Source: an uncultured Candidatus Saccharibacteria bacterium (GTDB lineage: Bacteria > Patescibacteriota > Minisyncoccia > Phycocordibacterales > UBA9973). Taken from it: DNA of 64,000 bases. Positions 40,859-51,119 of the stretch are shown in pieces. The number at the start of each line of letters is the position of its first letter. The first letter of the stretch is position 1. A program made the translations under genes and the position numbers. The notes below the pieces were generated by a model that was given only the letters and a program-made list of their open reading frames with translations, was not told the origin of the DNA and made no database searches. The stretch is taken from positions 1,229 to 65,228 of the forward strand of contig CAYRQJ010000003.1 in the NCBI GenBank assembly GCA_964426555.1. The letters are read 5' to 3'.

Positions 40859-43129
40859 ATGAATAAGACATTAGTAATTGTAGAATCACCATCAAAAGCT
40901 AAAACTATTGAAAAATATTTAGGTACTGGTTTTACAGTGCGCGCATCTATTGGTCACATTCGTGATCTACCAAAATCAAACAAAATAGCTATTGATATTC
41001 CAGGTGGATTTATCCCCCATTACGAAGTTTCTAAAGGAAAAGAAAAAGTAATAAAAGAACTGCGTGATTTATCTACTAAAGCTGACAATATAATACTGGC
41101 AACCGACCCGGACCGCGAAGGTGAAGCTATAGCATGGCATTTACAAGAAGTTTTAAACGAAAAGCACAAAAAACCTTTGACAAATATTAAACGTGCTACT
41201 TTTCATGAAATTACAAAAGACGCAGTTTTAACTGCAATAAATCACCCTCGAGAAATTGACCAAGATTTACGTAAAGCTCAAGAAGCTCGTCGCGTACTGG
41301 ATCGTCTTGTGGGTTACGATTTGTCCGGAGTAATTTGGAAAAAAGTTCGTTATGGTTTGTCTGCGGGACGAGTTCAGTCCCCTGCAATGCGAATACTTTG
41401 CGAAAGAGAAAGAGAAATTTTAGCTTTTATACCCGAGCAATATTTTGTAATTGAAGCTGATTTAAAACCAGCCGGTAGTGAATTTTTAACATTTACATGC
41501 AGTATCGAACCAACAGATAAAAAAATAGTTGATGATATTTTAAAAAATGGCAAACAGGAAGATTGGTACGTAAAAGACATAAAAGACACCGAAGCAAAAC
41601 GTAGCCCAAAGCCACCTTTTGCAACATCGTCTTTACAACAAACAGCTTCAACAAGACTGGGATTTTCTCCATCTCGAACAATGCAAGTAGCCCAAAAATT
41701 GTATGAAGCCGGACATATTACATATATGCGTACAGATTCTACAAATCTTGGAACCGCCGCTATTGCTCAAATAAGTGACTTAATAAAAAAACAATACGGA
41801 GTAAATTATTTAGAAAACCGAGTATATAAAACAAAATCCAAAAATGCTCAAGAAGCTCACGAAGCAATTCGTCCTACTGACGTAAATAAAAAAAATATTG
41901 GCCAAACTGAAGAACAAAAGAAATTATATAACTTGATTTGGGAAAGAACCGTAGCATCACAAATGGTAGACGCACGTGTTATGCGCAGTAAAATTACAGC
42001 AAATATAAAAACAAATTCAATTCCCGATTTTACAGTAAATGGTTCAAAGTTAATTTTTGACGGATTTTTAAAAGTTGATACGGGAGCAATTGGCGAAGAA
42101 ACAATTCTACCAAAACTAAGTAAAGACGAAGATTTAAAATTAGTAGATTTACGTGATATTGAAAAATTTACTCAGCCACCAAATCGTTATACGGAAGCTG
42201 GACTAATTAAAGAATTAGAAGAACGTGGTATTGGCCGGCCTTCTACATATGCATCTATTATGCGCACTATTGAAGAACGCGGTTATGTAGATAAACAAGG
42301 TCGTACTTTATTCCCTACCGATACTGGTATGGTAGTTTCTGGATTTCTGGAAGAACATTTTGCAGACTATATTAGTGATACTTTTACAGCTGAGATGGAA
42401 GACAAGTTAGATGAAATTTCTGAAGGTAAAAGAGATTATAGTAAAACACTAACCGAATTTTATAATCCATTTTTAAAACTAGTTAAAGAAAAAGATAAAC
42501 TAGACAAAGCTACAAATATTGAGGGGGCACCTGATGATATTCTTTGCCCTAAATGTGGTAAGGCTATGATGGTAAAGCTGGCCCGTAATGGAAAATTTTA
42601 TTCTTGTATTGATTACCCAGATTGTATGGGTGCAAGAAAAATTGATGGCACAGAAATGCAAGGACCAAAAGAAATTGGTAGACCTTGTCCTAAATGTGGA
42701 ACCCCTGCCACAGAAGAAGTAATATACAACAAAGACGGCAGTGTTCGTAAAAGCCGAAAAACAAAAATAGTAGAACTGGGTAAATTGGTTCTGCGTGAAG
42801 GTAAATTTGGTAATTTTATATCTTGTTCTCGTTACCCTAAATGTAAATACATCGAAGAAGATGAAGAAGAAAAGAAGAAACGCGAAACTGGAGTAAAATG
42901 CCCACAATGTAGTGACGGTGTTATGAGCGAACGTCGCGGTAGATTTGGAATATTTTATTCTTGTAGTAATTACCCAACTTGCAAAAATGCGATAAAAGCT
43001 AAACCAACAGGAAATATTTGCCAAATGTGCAGTTCTTTAATGATGGATGGCACAAAAACTATACCGGAACGATGTAGTAATACTAAATGTCCAAACCATA
43101 GACCAGACAAACTAGAAAAAACCAAATAG
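40859..43129 (+). CDS. topA: DNA topoisomerase I
   Basis: LVIVESPSKAKTI, ATDPDREGEAI, SAGRVQS, ITYMRTDS, C4 zinc ribbons. Confidence 0.98.
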   Translation: MNKTLVIVESPSKAKTIEKYLGTGFTVRASIGHIRDLPKSNKIAIDIPGGFIPHYEVSKGKEKVIKELRDLSTKADNIILATDPDREGEAIAWHLQEVLNEKHKKPLTNIKRATFHEITKDAVLTAINHPREIDQDLRKAQEARRVLDRLVGYDLSGVIWKKVRYGLSAGRVQSPAMRILCEREREILAFIPEQYFVIEADLKPAGSEFLTFTCSIEPTDKKIVDDILKNGKQEDWYVKDIKDTEAKRSPKPPFATSSLQQTASTRLGFSPSRTMQVAQKLYEAGHITYMRTDSTNLGTAAIAQISDLIKKQYGVNYLENRVYKTKSKNAQEAHEAIRPTDVNKKNIGQTEEQKKLYNLIWERTVASQMVDARVMRSKITANIKTNSIPDFTVNGSKLIFDGFLKVDTGAIGEETILPKLSKDEDLKLVDLRDIEKFTQPPNRYTEAGLIKELEERGIGRPSTYASIMRTIEERGYVDKQGRTLFPTDTGMVVSGFLEEHFADYISDTFTAEMEDKLDEISEGKRDYSKTLTEFYNPFLKLVKEKDKLDKATNIEGAPDDILCPKCGKAMMVKLARNGKFYSCIDYPDCMGARKIDGTEMQGPKEIGRPCPKCGTPATEEVIYNKDGSVRKSRKTKIVELGKLVLREGKFGNFISCSRYPKCKYIEEDEEEKKKRETGVKCPQCSDGVMSERRGRFGIFYSCSNYPTCKNAIKAKPTGNICQMCSSLMMDGTKTIPERCSNTKCPNHRPDKLEKTK

Positions 43130-43134
43130 CTACG

Positions 43135-43233
43135 CACCTCATCCCCGACCCTTCTCCAGTAAACTAGAGAAGAGAGTGTGGTTAAATGCGATTTCCCTCG
43201 CCATTTAATGGAGAGGGATGTAAGGGTGAGGTG
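43135..43233. repeat. GC-rich REP-like palindromic element
   Basis: Outer arms CACCTCATCC/GGGTGAGGTG enclose hairpins CTTCTC...GAGAAG and TCCCTC...GAGGGA. Confidence 0.7.
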
Positions 43234-43274
43234 GGTTTAAAAATAGAACAGAGGTTGTGCTATAATACTCTCAT

Positions 43275-44726
43275 ATGCAACATATTGAGAGTATTTTTAA
43301 TATAAAGAAATTTTCAAAAAAAGAACGGGACGTATTGGAAAAAGCGTACGATTTTGCAAAGGCAGCTCACACTGGCCAACTAAGAAAAAGCGGTGAGCCT
43401 TATTTTGTGCATGTATTTACTACTGCAAAAAATTTAGCTGAACTAAATATGGACGGTAATGTAGTAGCTGCAGGATTTTTACATGACGTACTAGAAGATA
43501 CAAAAGTTACAGAAGAAGAAATGCAGAAATCTTTTGGTGATGATATTACAAATTTGGTTTTGGGTGTTACAAAACTGGGAACTGTAAAATATAAAGGAGT
43601 TGAACGTAGTGTAGAAAATTTGCGTAAATTTTTTGTATCTATGGCTGAAGACATGCGAGTTATAATTATTAAACTTGCAGATAGATTACATAATATTGAA
43701 ACACTATCTCACGTACGAGAAGACAAACAAAAACGAATTGCACTGGAGACACTGGAAGTATACGCCCCATTAGCAGATAGATTGTCCATGGGTAAATTAA
43801 AAGGTCGTCTTGAAGATGCAGCGTTTCCTTATGCTTATCCTAAAGAATATGGCGAAGTAAAACTATTAAGAGAATCTCGTAAAGATGCGGCACTACCTGA
43901 ATTAATAAAAGTAGAAAACAATATTAAAAAAATTCTAAATCAATATTCGTTAAAACCAATTACCGTAGACCACAGAGAAAAACATTTATATTCTCTATGG
44001 AAAAAACTGCATAAATATAAAATGGATATAAACCATGTATACGACATTATAGCTATGCGTATAGTGGTAAAAAATATTGAAGAATGTTATTTGGCATTGG
44101 GGTTAATTCATGGTGCTTACAAACCCCTGCCAGGCCGTATAAAAGACTATATAGCCCTGCCAAAGCCCAATGGCTACAGATCTCTCCATACCACAATTAT
44201 TACCGAATCTGGAGCAATTATAGAAATTCAAATTAGAACTGAAGAAATGCATAACGAAGCAGAATATGGTCTTGCTGCACACTATGCATACAAAGGAAAT
44301 TTCAATACTGAAGACGAAAAATACAATTGGGTTAAAGAATTGCGTGATACTCAAAGCGAAGAAGAAACCGTTGATGGGTTTTACAAAAATTTAAAAATGG
44401 ACTTTTTTAAAGATCGAGTTTTTGCTTTTACTCCCAAAGGTGACATTGTAAATCTTCCTGACGATGGGACTGTACTAGATTTTGCTTTTAATGTTCACAG
44501 TGAAATAGGGATGCATGCTCAAGCTGGCGAAGTAAATGGTAAATTTGCTGCGCTAAACCACAAATTGGTAAATGGTGATGTTGTAAAAATAATTACCGCT
44601 AAAAATGTAAAGCCATCCAGTAAATGGCTAGAATTTGCAAAATCTACAATGGCTCGTAAACATATAGAAAAACATTTAAAACAAAATTCCCTACTTTCAA
44701 AATTTCTTTCTTTTGGACAAAAATAA
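43275..44726 (+). CDS. RelA/SpoT (Rel) protein: HD, synthetase and TGS domains
   Basis: RKSGEPY..H, LHDVLEDT, KLADRLHN, KPNGYRSLHT, EIQIRT, TGS (FTPKG...DFAF.VH). Confidence 0.93.
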   Translation: MQHIESIFNIKKFSKKERDVLEKAYDFAKAAHTGQLRKSGEPYFVHVFTTAKNLAELNMDGNVVAAGFLHDVLEDTKVTEEEMQKSFGDDITNLVLGVTKLGTVKYKGVERSVENLRKFFVSMAEDMRVIIIKLADRLHNIETLSHVREDKQKRIALETLEVYAPLADRLSMGKLKGRLEDAAFPYAYPKEYGEVKLLRESRKDAALPELIKVENNIKKILNQYSLKPITVDHREKHLYSLWKKLHKYKMDINHVYDIIAMRIVVKNIEECYLALGLIHGAYKPLPGRIKDYIALPKPNGYRSLHTTIITESGAIIEIQIRTEEMHNEAEYGLAAHYAYKGNFNTEDEKYNWVKELRDTQSEEETVDGFYKNLKMDFFKDRVFAFTPKGDIVNLPDDGTVLDFAFNVHSEIGMHAQAGEVNGKFAALNHKLVNGDVVKIITAKNVKPSSKWLEFAKSTMARKHIEKHLKQNSLLSKFLSFGQK

Positions 44727-44775
44727 AAGCCGTATGATAATTCATACGGCTTATTACCTCTTTTAAAGAGATGCT

Positions 44776-45315
44776 TTAAGAATTAGCTTTAGCAAATTCT
44801 TCAGTGACTTCGGTTTTTAAAAAACCTTTGGCCACCATTTCAGTAACTACGGCTTTGGTCAAAGGCCTAATTTCTTTACCATTGATATGGCTTTTATTCA
44901 GTAAAAGAGAAACCGGAACCCATATTTCACCTTCCTTTGGTGAATTATTTACTGGTGTTTCTGCTGTAAAGATATTCACCTTTACTTTTTCGTTCCCAGA
45001 GTCTCCTGGGTCCTGAAACTGAATTGTTTTTTCTTTTTTGATACCAAACATTCCTGAACCACTTTTGGTTTGAGAAATTCTCCAGGCTGCACTGGTACTG
45101 TTTTCATCTTCATCAATTTTACCTCCCAAAAGTTGAATGGTTCCGTCACTTTTTTTGATACAACATACAGTATTGCCATTAGAGCAAACTAGTAGGTCGA
45201 TTTCTTTTTGTTTTTTAACAACCGACATTTCAGTAGATTGATTTTGGTTTTCATTTTTGGTTTTAGGTGTTCTACCTTTTTTACCGTCTCCGTTGATTGT
45301 TTTTCTTTTGTTCAT
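44776..45315 (-). CDS. Hypothetical protein, possibly degenerate NUDIX fold
   Basis: LLGGKIDEDENSTSAAWRIS resembles a Nudix box lacking the REUxEE glutamates. Confidence 0.5.
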   Translation of the reverse strand: MNKRKTINGDGKKGRTPKTKNENQNQSTEMSVVKKQKEIDLLVCSNGNTVCCIKKSDGTIQLLGGKIDEDENSTSAAWRISQTKSGSGMFGIKKEKTIQFQDPGDSGNEKVKVNIFTAETPVNNSPKEGEIWVPVSLLLNKSHINGKEIRPLTKAVVTEMVAKGFLKTEVTEEFAKANS

Positions 45316-45408
45316 GTTTTTTAGTTTTAAGAGTTGATTTTGGTTTTAAATGTTCTACAAAAAATACTCCTTTCGGAGTATTTTGTCAATAGTTACTATA
45401 GATATAAA

Positions 45409-46590
45409 CTATAGACTAAAGTTTGAAATATTATACAGATCTTCCTCACTTTCTTGATTTTCTTCTTCTTTTTTTGCTTCTTCTGTTATTATTTCGTTTT
45501 GAATTTCTTGTTTAATTTCTTCTACTATTTCAGGATTTAATACTATTTGATTTTCTTCTATATTTTGAACGAGACCAACTTCTATATTTTCTTTTAAAAT
45601 AGAATTATTTTCTAATAATATTTCCTGAGCAATTTCTTCAATATTATTAATTGTTTCTTCTGGGATATTTTCTATAATTATTTCTTCAGTTATTAAATTA
45701 GCTGGAGGCATTACTACACCACGCTCTCTTTCAAATCTTGTTAACATTGTTTCTCCCCGTGCAATTTCCTTTGATTTTAGTAATTGTAATATTTCATCCA
45801 AATCAGCATCTGAGAAAAAGTCTATTGTTATTTTACCACCATCAGCTTTTCTTTGAATATGAACACGTGTACCCAGTCTTTCTTCAAGATCATCTTCCAT
45901 GCTCATTACATTAGCATCAGGCAATAATTCGTGTTTACGAACACGGTCCACTGCAATACGACGAGCTATTCTTTCAGCTTCACGAACAGAAAGTTTTTTA
46001 TAAACTATTTCTTTAAACAAAGTTTGTTGTTCTTCGGGTCGAGATGCCAACATCATCAAAGGTCTAGTATGTCCTTCGTTTATTTTTCCGGCTTGCAATG
46101 CGTCCAGTATTTCTTGAGACATTTGCAAAATTCTAAGAGAGTTAGAAACATATTCGCGACTCTTACCCATTTTAAGACCAACCTGTGCATGAGTTAAATT
46201 AAATTCATCAATCAGTCTCATAAATGCACGTGCACGATCTACTGCATTTAGATCTTCACGTTGCAGGTTTTCAATGATAGCCAATTCCAGCTTCATCTTA
46301 TCGTCGTCCCCTTCACGAATAATAACAGGGACTTGTTTTATACCAGCCAGTTTTGAAGCACGTAAACGACGCTCTCCTGCAATCAGCTCGTACCTAGTTT
46401 CTAGACCCATGCCGTCGGGTCGTTCAAATTCACTGCGTGATACTACTAATGGTTGCAACACTCCGTATTGACGAATAGAATCTGAAAGATCTCTTAGTGG
46501 ACCATCTTCAAATTCCTTGCGTGGTTGGTAAGGATTTGGGTCGATTTTTTCGACATCGATTAAAAAAATTGAATTAGGATAAGGTGACAT
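45409..46590 (-). CDS. parB: ParB/Spo0J partition protein with acidic C-terminal tail
   Basis: PNPYQPRK, GVLQP, LIAGERRLRA, IENLQREDLN, HTH. Confidence 0.93.
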   Translation of the reverse strand: MSPYPNSIFLIDVEKIDPNPYQPRKEFEDGPLRDLSDSIRQYGVLQPLVVSRSEFERPDGMGLETRYELIAGERRLRASKLAGIKQVPVIIREGDDDKMKLELAIIENLQREDLNAVDRARAFMRLIDEFNLTHAQVGLKMGKSREYVSNSLRILQMSQEILDALQAGKINEGHTRPLMMLASRPEEQQTLFKEIVYKKLSVREAERIARRIAVDRVRKHELLPDANVMSMEDDLEERLGTRVHIQRKADGGKITIDFFSDADLDEILQLLKSKEIARGETMLTRFERERGVVMPPANLITEEIIIENIPEETINNIEEIAQEILLENNSILKENIEVGLVQNIEENQIVLNPEIVEEIKQEIQNEIITEEAKKEEENQESEEDLYNISNFSL

Positions 46591-46676
46591 AAAAAAATTA
46601 TATCATAAAGTAGATATTTTATAACTGTTGATAATAAGTTGATTTCAGTGTAAAGTAGATAAATAATTAAATACAT

Positions 46677-46759
46677 GCCCAGATGGCGGAATGGTAGACG
46701 CAGTGGACTCAAAATCCACCGTTGGCAACAACATGAGAGTTCGAGTCTCTCTCTGGGCA
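46677..46759 (+). tRNA. tRNA-Leu(CAA)
   Basis: GCCCAGA...TCTGGGC-A; GTGGA-CTCAAAA-TCCAC; long variable arm. Confidence 0.95.
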
Positions 46760-46812
46760 CAAATAAAAAAACCGATGTTTTTAAAACATCGGTTTTTGGT
46801 ATTAAATACCAA

Positions 46813-47427
46813 TTAGTTTCTTGTTAACAATTCCTTTGTTGGCCAGACAGTTCTTTTGTTTTTTAAAATCTCATCAATTACATTTAATGATTTTTTATAA
46901 ACATCAGAATCAATTGTACGAACCTCGGACTTATTCATGATTACAGCAATTAAAGAACCTGCTCGATTTGTATACTGGGCTTCTACTGGGTAAGGAGAAA
47001 AATATTCTTCAATAGCAAATGCTAAAAACACAACTGCTAAAGCTAAATTCTCGTGAGCCATTAGACCCCCAACAGCAATAAATCTACCATCAAATTCAAC
47101 CCCGGCACATACTATTTCTTCGGGATTTTTACTTTTTTCATGATTTGCAATTTTTCTTTTTTTTAATAAAAGATTTAGTGAACCTTTGGCCATTTCATAA
47201 GTGATTTCAGTTAGAATTTCTTCCACTTCTTTGGCTCTCTCTGGAGAATTCTTTAACAGAGTTCTTGAAATAAATAAATGGCCATCAGCATCAGCTATTC
47301 GGATATAGCCATTTTTATTATTCATAGTAATAGTGTTAAATTTTCCTCGAAGGGAAATAATAAGTTTTGCTAATCCTTCGAATTTATCCAAAGGAAATTT
47401 TTCTGCTATTTTCAATATCTGACTCAT
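46813..47427 (-). CDS. Hypothetical protein
   Basis: 204-aa ORF, no confident motif. Confidence 0.6.
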   Translation of the reverse strand: MSQILKIAEKFPLDKFEGLAKLIISLRGKFNTITMNNKNGYIRIADADGHLFISRTLLKNSPERAKEVEEILTEITYEMAKGSLNLLLKKRKIANHEKSKNPEEIVCAGVEFDGRFIAVGGLMAHENLALAVVFLAFAIEEYFSPYPVEAQYTNRAGSLIAVIMNKSEVRTIDSDVYKKSLNVIDEILKNKRTVWPTKELLTRN

Positions 47428-47477
47428 AAGATTTTTAATTTAAAATCTATTCTATACCTATTGTAGAAAAAATCAAA

Positions 47478-48491
47478 CTATACAAATTCGGGTTCACTGG
47501 ATAGCTCTATTCCAAATTTGTCTTTTACTGTATTTATTATTGTGTTTTTAGCATTTAAAACATCATCATATGTTGCCCCGCCAAGGTTTATTAAGACCAG
47601 TGCATTCTTTTCGTATGTTCCTACATTACCAAACGATACTCCTTTTAACCCAGCATTTTCTACTAGCCAGCCAGCAGGAATTTTAACCATATCTTCGTTT
47701 ACTTCAAAACTTGGCATATCAGGGTAATCTAATTTTAGTTTATTATAAATAGATTTTTCTACAATTGGATTTTCAAAAAAAGACCCACAATTCCCCCAGT
47801 CTTCTGGGTGCGGTAATTTACTCCATCTTATTTCTATAATGGCATCTCGAATTTGTTGTAGTGTGGGATTTACTATATTTAAATTTTGGAAATATTTTTT
47901 CACCCCAGCATATTCTGGAATAGCTGGTGGTAATGTAGATAATTTTAGAATTATATCAATAATGATATATCTGCCTTTTTGTGTACTTTTAAAAATACTA
48001 TTTCTGTAGTTAAAATTACAGTCTTCATTTTTTATTGTGACTAATTTTTTTTCTAATGTGTCGTATGCAGTTAGTGATATAAAAACATCTTTTATCTCAC
48101 GTCCATACGCCCCAACATTTTGTACAGGAGTAGCTCCGGCTGTTCCTGGAATTGCAGACAATGATTCAATACCAGACAAATTATTGTCTACTGACCATTT
48201 AACTACGTCGTCCCAATTTTCTCCAGAACCTATTTTTACAAAAACTTCAGTATTATTAGTATCTACTATTTCGACACCTTTTACTTCAATTTTTAGAATA
48301 TTTAATTTTTCTACATCAGGTGACAATATAATGTTTGAACCACCACCAATCACAAAATAGTCTTCTCCAGTATGGGTATTAAAATAGTCTAATAAATTAA
48401 TTGTATTTTTAATACTAAAAACATTGGCTTTTACGTCTATTCCAAAAGTAGTAATTTGACCCAAATTTATCACCATACTGTGCAAATCCAT
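47478..48491 (-). CDS. murB: UDP-N-acetylmuramate dehydrogenase
   Basis: IGGGSN, IPGTAGATPVQNVGAYG, YRNSIFK, GSFFENP; start uncertain (48491 or 48476). Confidence 0.96.
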   Translation of the reverse strand: MDLHSMVINLGQITTFGIDVKANVFSIKNTINLLDYFNTHTGEDYFVIGGGSNIILSPDVEKLNILKIEVKGVEIVDTNNTEVFVKIGSGENWDDVVKWSVDNNLSGIESLSAIPGTAGATPVQNVGAYGREIKDVFISLTAYDTLEKKLVTIKNEDCNFNYRNSIFKSTQKGRYIIIDIILKLSTLPPAIPEYAGVKKYFQNLNIVNPTLQQIRDAIIEIRWSKLPHPEDWGNCGSFFENPIVEKSIYNKLKLDYPDMPSFEVNEDMVKIPAGWLVENAGLKGVSFGNVGTYEKNALVLINLGGATYDDVLNAKNTIINTVKDKFGIELSSEPEFV

Positions 48492-48498
48492 ATACAAC

Positions 48499-48520
48499 AA
48501 TATATCATATATGATATATT
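48499..48520. promoter_or_regulatory. Perfect 22-bp palindrome, candidate operator between murB and HTH-murA
   Basis: AATATATCATATATGATATATT is its own reverse complement; ends 6 nt before the murA ATG. Confidence 0.6.
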
Positions 48521-48526
48521 AGTACC

Positions 48527-50053
48527 ATGGCAAAAATAAAATCATTACAAAGCTACATTGGCTATTTAATTAAAACTATTCGTGAGCGTGAAGGTTTGAC
48601 TCAATCCAAATTTGCAAAAATGTTGGATACTTCACAGTCGGCAATTGCAAGAATGGAAAAAGGTGACCAAAACTTTACAACTAAAGAGCTAGAAAGAATT
48701 AGTGATACGCTTGGTGAGAGACTTATTACTATTGCTCCAAAAGTAGACGACTTTGAAGTTGTTGGTGGTAAAAAATTATCTGGATCTGTAACTACACATT
48801 ATTCTAAAAATGGAGCATTGGCGTTAATGGCGGCGGCATTATTAAACGAAAATACAACTACTTTGTATGGTATTCCAAGAATAGAAGAAGTTTTTCGTTT
48901 TATAGAAGTTTTTGAAAGTATTGATATTAAAATAACTTGGATAGACGACCATACATTGCGCATTACCCCACCAGAAAAATTTGATATTGAAAACATCGAC
49001 GAAAAAATAGCCGGAGGAATTCGTGTAAATTTATATCTTATTCCACCATTAGCTCATAAAATGAAGGAATTTCGTTTACCAAATCCAGGCGGATGTAAAA
49101 TGGGAGAAAGAACAATTTCTGCACATAAATACGCACTGGAAAAATTTGGTATTAAAATCAAATCTGAAGCTAAACATTATTTAGTTAAAAATTCTAAATT
49201 AAAATCAGCCGACATTACACTGTATGAAGCGTCAGACATGGCTGCAATTAATGCACTTATGGCGGCGGCACTAATTCCGGGTAAAACAATAATTCGTTTT
49301 GCTCCACCAAATTACCAAGTACAAGATGTATGTTTCTTTTTAAAACATTTAGGTGTACGCATAGAAGGTATTGGCACAACTACACTAACAGTGTACGGCG
49401 TAGAATACATTAACGAAGAGACTGAATGGTATAACAGTGAAGACCCAATTGAAAGTATGTTTTTCTTAGCGGCTGGTATTGTTACAGGTAGTAGTATAAC
49501 TATAAAAAGATGCCCTATTGAATTTTTACGTCTTGAAATGTTAAAGCTAGAAAAGATGGGATTAAAGTATACAATGTCTAAAATTTACAAAGGCCAAAAT
49601 GGTCATGTGGATTTAGTAGATATAAAAATAAAAGAAAGTAAATTACGTGCACTACCGGACAAAATCCATGCATTACCTTTCCCGGGAATAAATAACGACA
49701 ATTTACCTTTCTTTGTGCCTATTTCAGCTGTTGCCAAAGGTACTACTTTAATCCACGACTGGACATGGGAAAATAGAGCAATCTATTTTACCGAACTTAA
49801 CCGTCTTGGAGCTAAAGTATTACTGGCTGACCCACACCGTGTATATGTAGAAGGTGGTAGCGAATTACGCGGAGCACAAATTGTATGTCCACCGGCACTA
49901 CGCCCGGCTACAATTATTCTTATTGCCATGCTTGCAGCCGAAGGTAAATCAATACTACGTAATGTATACGCTATTAACCGTGGATACGAAGGCTTGATAG
50001 AAAGACTAACTGAATTAGGTGCTGAAGTAAGCCAAGTCCAAAATCTAAGTTAG
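48527..50053 (+). CDS. murA: UDP-GlcNAc 1-carboxyvinyltransferase with N-terminal XRE HTH
   Basis: IREREGLTQSKFAKMLDTSQSAIARMEKG (XRE HTH), then SKN, PGGCKMGER, INRGYE. Confidence 0.92.
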   Translation: MAKIKSLQSYIGYLIKTIREREGLTQSKFAKMLDTSQSAIARMEKGDQNFTTKELERISDTLGERLITIAPKVDDFEVVGGKKLSGSVTTHYSKNGALALMAAALLNENTTTLYGIPRIEEVFRFIEVFESIDIKITWIDDHTLRITPPEKFDIENIDEKIAGGIRVNLYLIPPLAHKMKEFRLPNPGGCKMGERTISAHKYALEKFGIKIKSEAKHYLVKNSKLKSADITLYEASDMAAINALMAAALIPGKTIIRFAPPNYQVQDVCFFLKHLGVRIEGIGTTTLTVYGVEYINEETEWYNSEDPIESMFFLAAGIVTGSSITIKRCPIEFLRLEMLKLEKMGLKYTMSKIYKGQNGHVDLVDIKIKESKLRALPDKIHALPFPGINNDNLPFFVPISAVAKGTTLIHDWTWENRAIYFTELNRLGAKVLLADPHRVYVEGGSELRGAQIVCPPALRPATIILIAMLAAEGKSILRNVYAINRGYEGLIERLTELGAEVSQVQNLS

Positions 50054-50054
50054 T

Positions 50055-50972
50055 ATGAAAAAAGTTATTGTAGTTTGTGGACAAACAGCTACTGGTAAAA
50101 GTGATTTAGCTGTAAGTATTGCGCTGAAACTAAAGCAACAAAATATTAATACTGAAATTATTTCTGCAGATTCACGCCAAGTATACATTGGCGCTGATAT
50201 GACAAGTGCAAAAATTACACAGAGTGAAATGTGTGGTGTACTCCACCATATGATTTCCGTTACATCATTTAAAAAAGACTATACAGTAGCTGATTATAAA
50301 AAAACTGTAACAAAAATAATAAATAAATTACACAAACAAAATATTGTGCCTATTCTTTGTGGTGGAACAGGGCTATATATTGATAATGTAATTTATAATA
50401 ATAGTATTCCCGAAGTATTACCAAATGCAGAATTGCGCGTGAAATTAGAGAAATTAAGTACCGAAGATTTATTTAATATACTAAAAAAGAAGGATCCAAA
50501 TCGTGCAAAAAACATAGATAGTAAAAATAAAAGAAGAATTATTCGAGCACTAGAAATAGTTGAAGTTTTGGGTTATGTCCCCCAAAATGAAACACCCATT
50601 TTAAATTATGAAACATTGTTTATAGGGTTAAAGCTAGAGAACGAAGAATTAAAAAATAGAATAACAAAACGCACCAATAAAAGAATACGTGCAGGAATGG
50701 TAGATGAGATAGTATCTCTACACAATAAAGAAAAATTAAGTTACGTTAGAATTGCCAGTTTTGGTATGGAATTTAAATGGCTGTCTTTATATGCAGAAAA
50801 TTTAATTAATAAAGATGAATGTATAAATGGAATAAATAAAGATAGTTTAGCCTATGCCAAGCGCCAATTAACCTGGTTTAAAAGAAATAAAGACATAAAC
50901 TGGCTAAATCCATTAAAGAAAGCAGATTTAAACAAACAAGCTATTAAATTGGTAAAAGATTTTATAAAATAG
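50055..50972 (+). CDS. miaA: tRNA dimethylallyltransferase
   Basis: GQTATGKS, IISADSRQVY, GGTGLY, YAKRQLTWF. Confidence 0.97.
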   Translation: MKKVIVVCGQTATGKSDLAVSIALKLKQQNINTEIISADSRQVYIGADMTSAKITQSEMCGVLHHMISVTSFKKDYTVADYKKTVTKIINKLHKQNIVPILCGGTGLYIDNVIYNNSIPEVLPNAELRVKLEKLSTEDLFNILKKKDPNRAKNIDSKNKRRIIRALEIVEVLGYVPQNETPILNYETLFIGLKLENEELKNRITKRTNKRIRAGMVDEIVSLHNKEKLSYVRIASFGMEFKWLSLYAENLINKDECINGINKDSLAYAKRQLTWFKRNKDINWLNPLKKADLNKQAIKLVKDFIK

Positions 50973-50974
50973 TG

Positions 50975-51045
50975 CGGGCGATGGAGGAATCGGACCCCCA
51001 CCAAAGGTTTTGGAGACCTTCGTTCTACCACTAAACTAATCGCCC
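50975..51045 (-). tRNA. tRNA-Trp(CCA)
   Basis: GGGCGAT...ATCGCCC-G; AAGGT-CTCCAAA-ACCTT; T-loop TCCGATT. Confidence 0.92.
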
Positions 51046-51119
51046 AGTCCTGTGAATATATCACATTTTGGGTAATAAAAAAAGGGACAATTTTGTCCCT
51101 TTATATTCTGTATTTTTTT

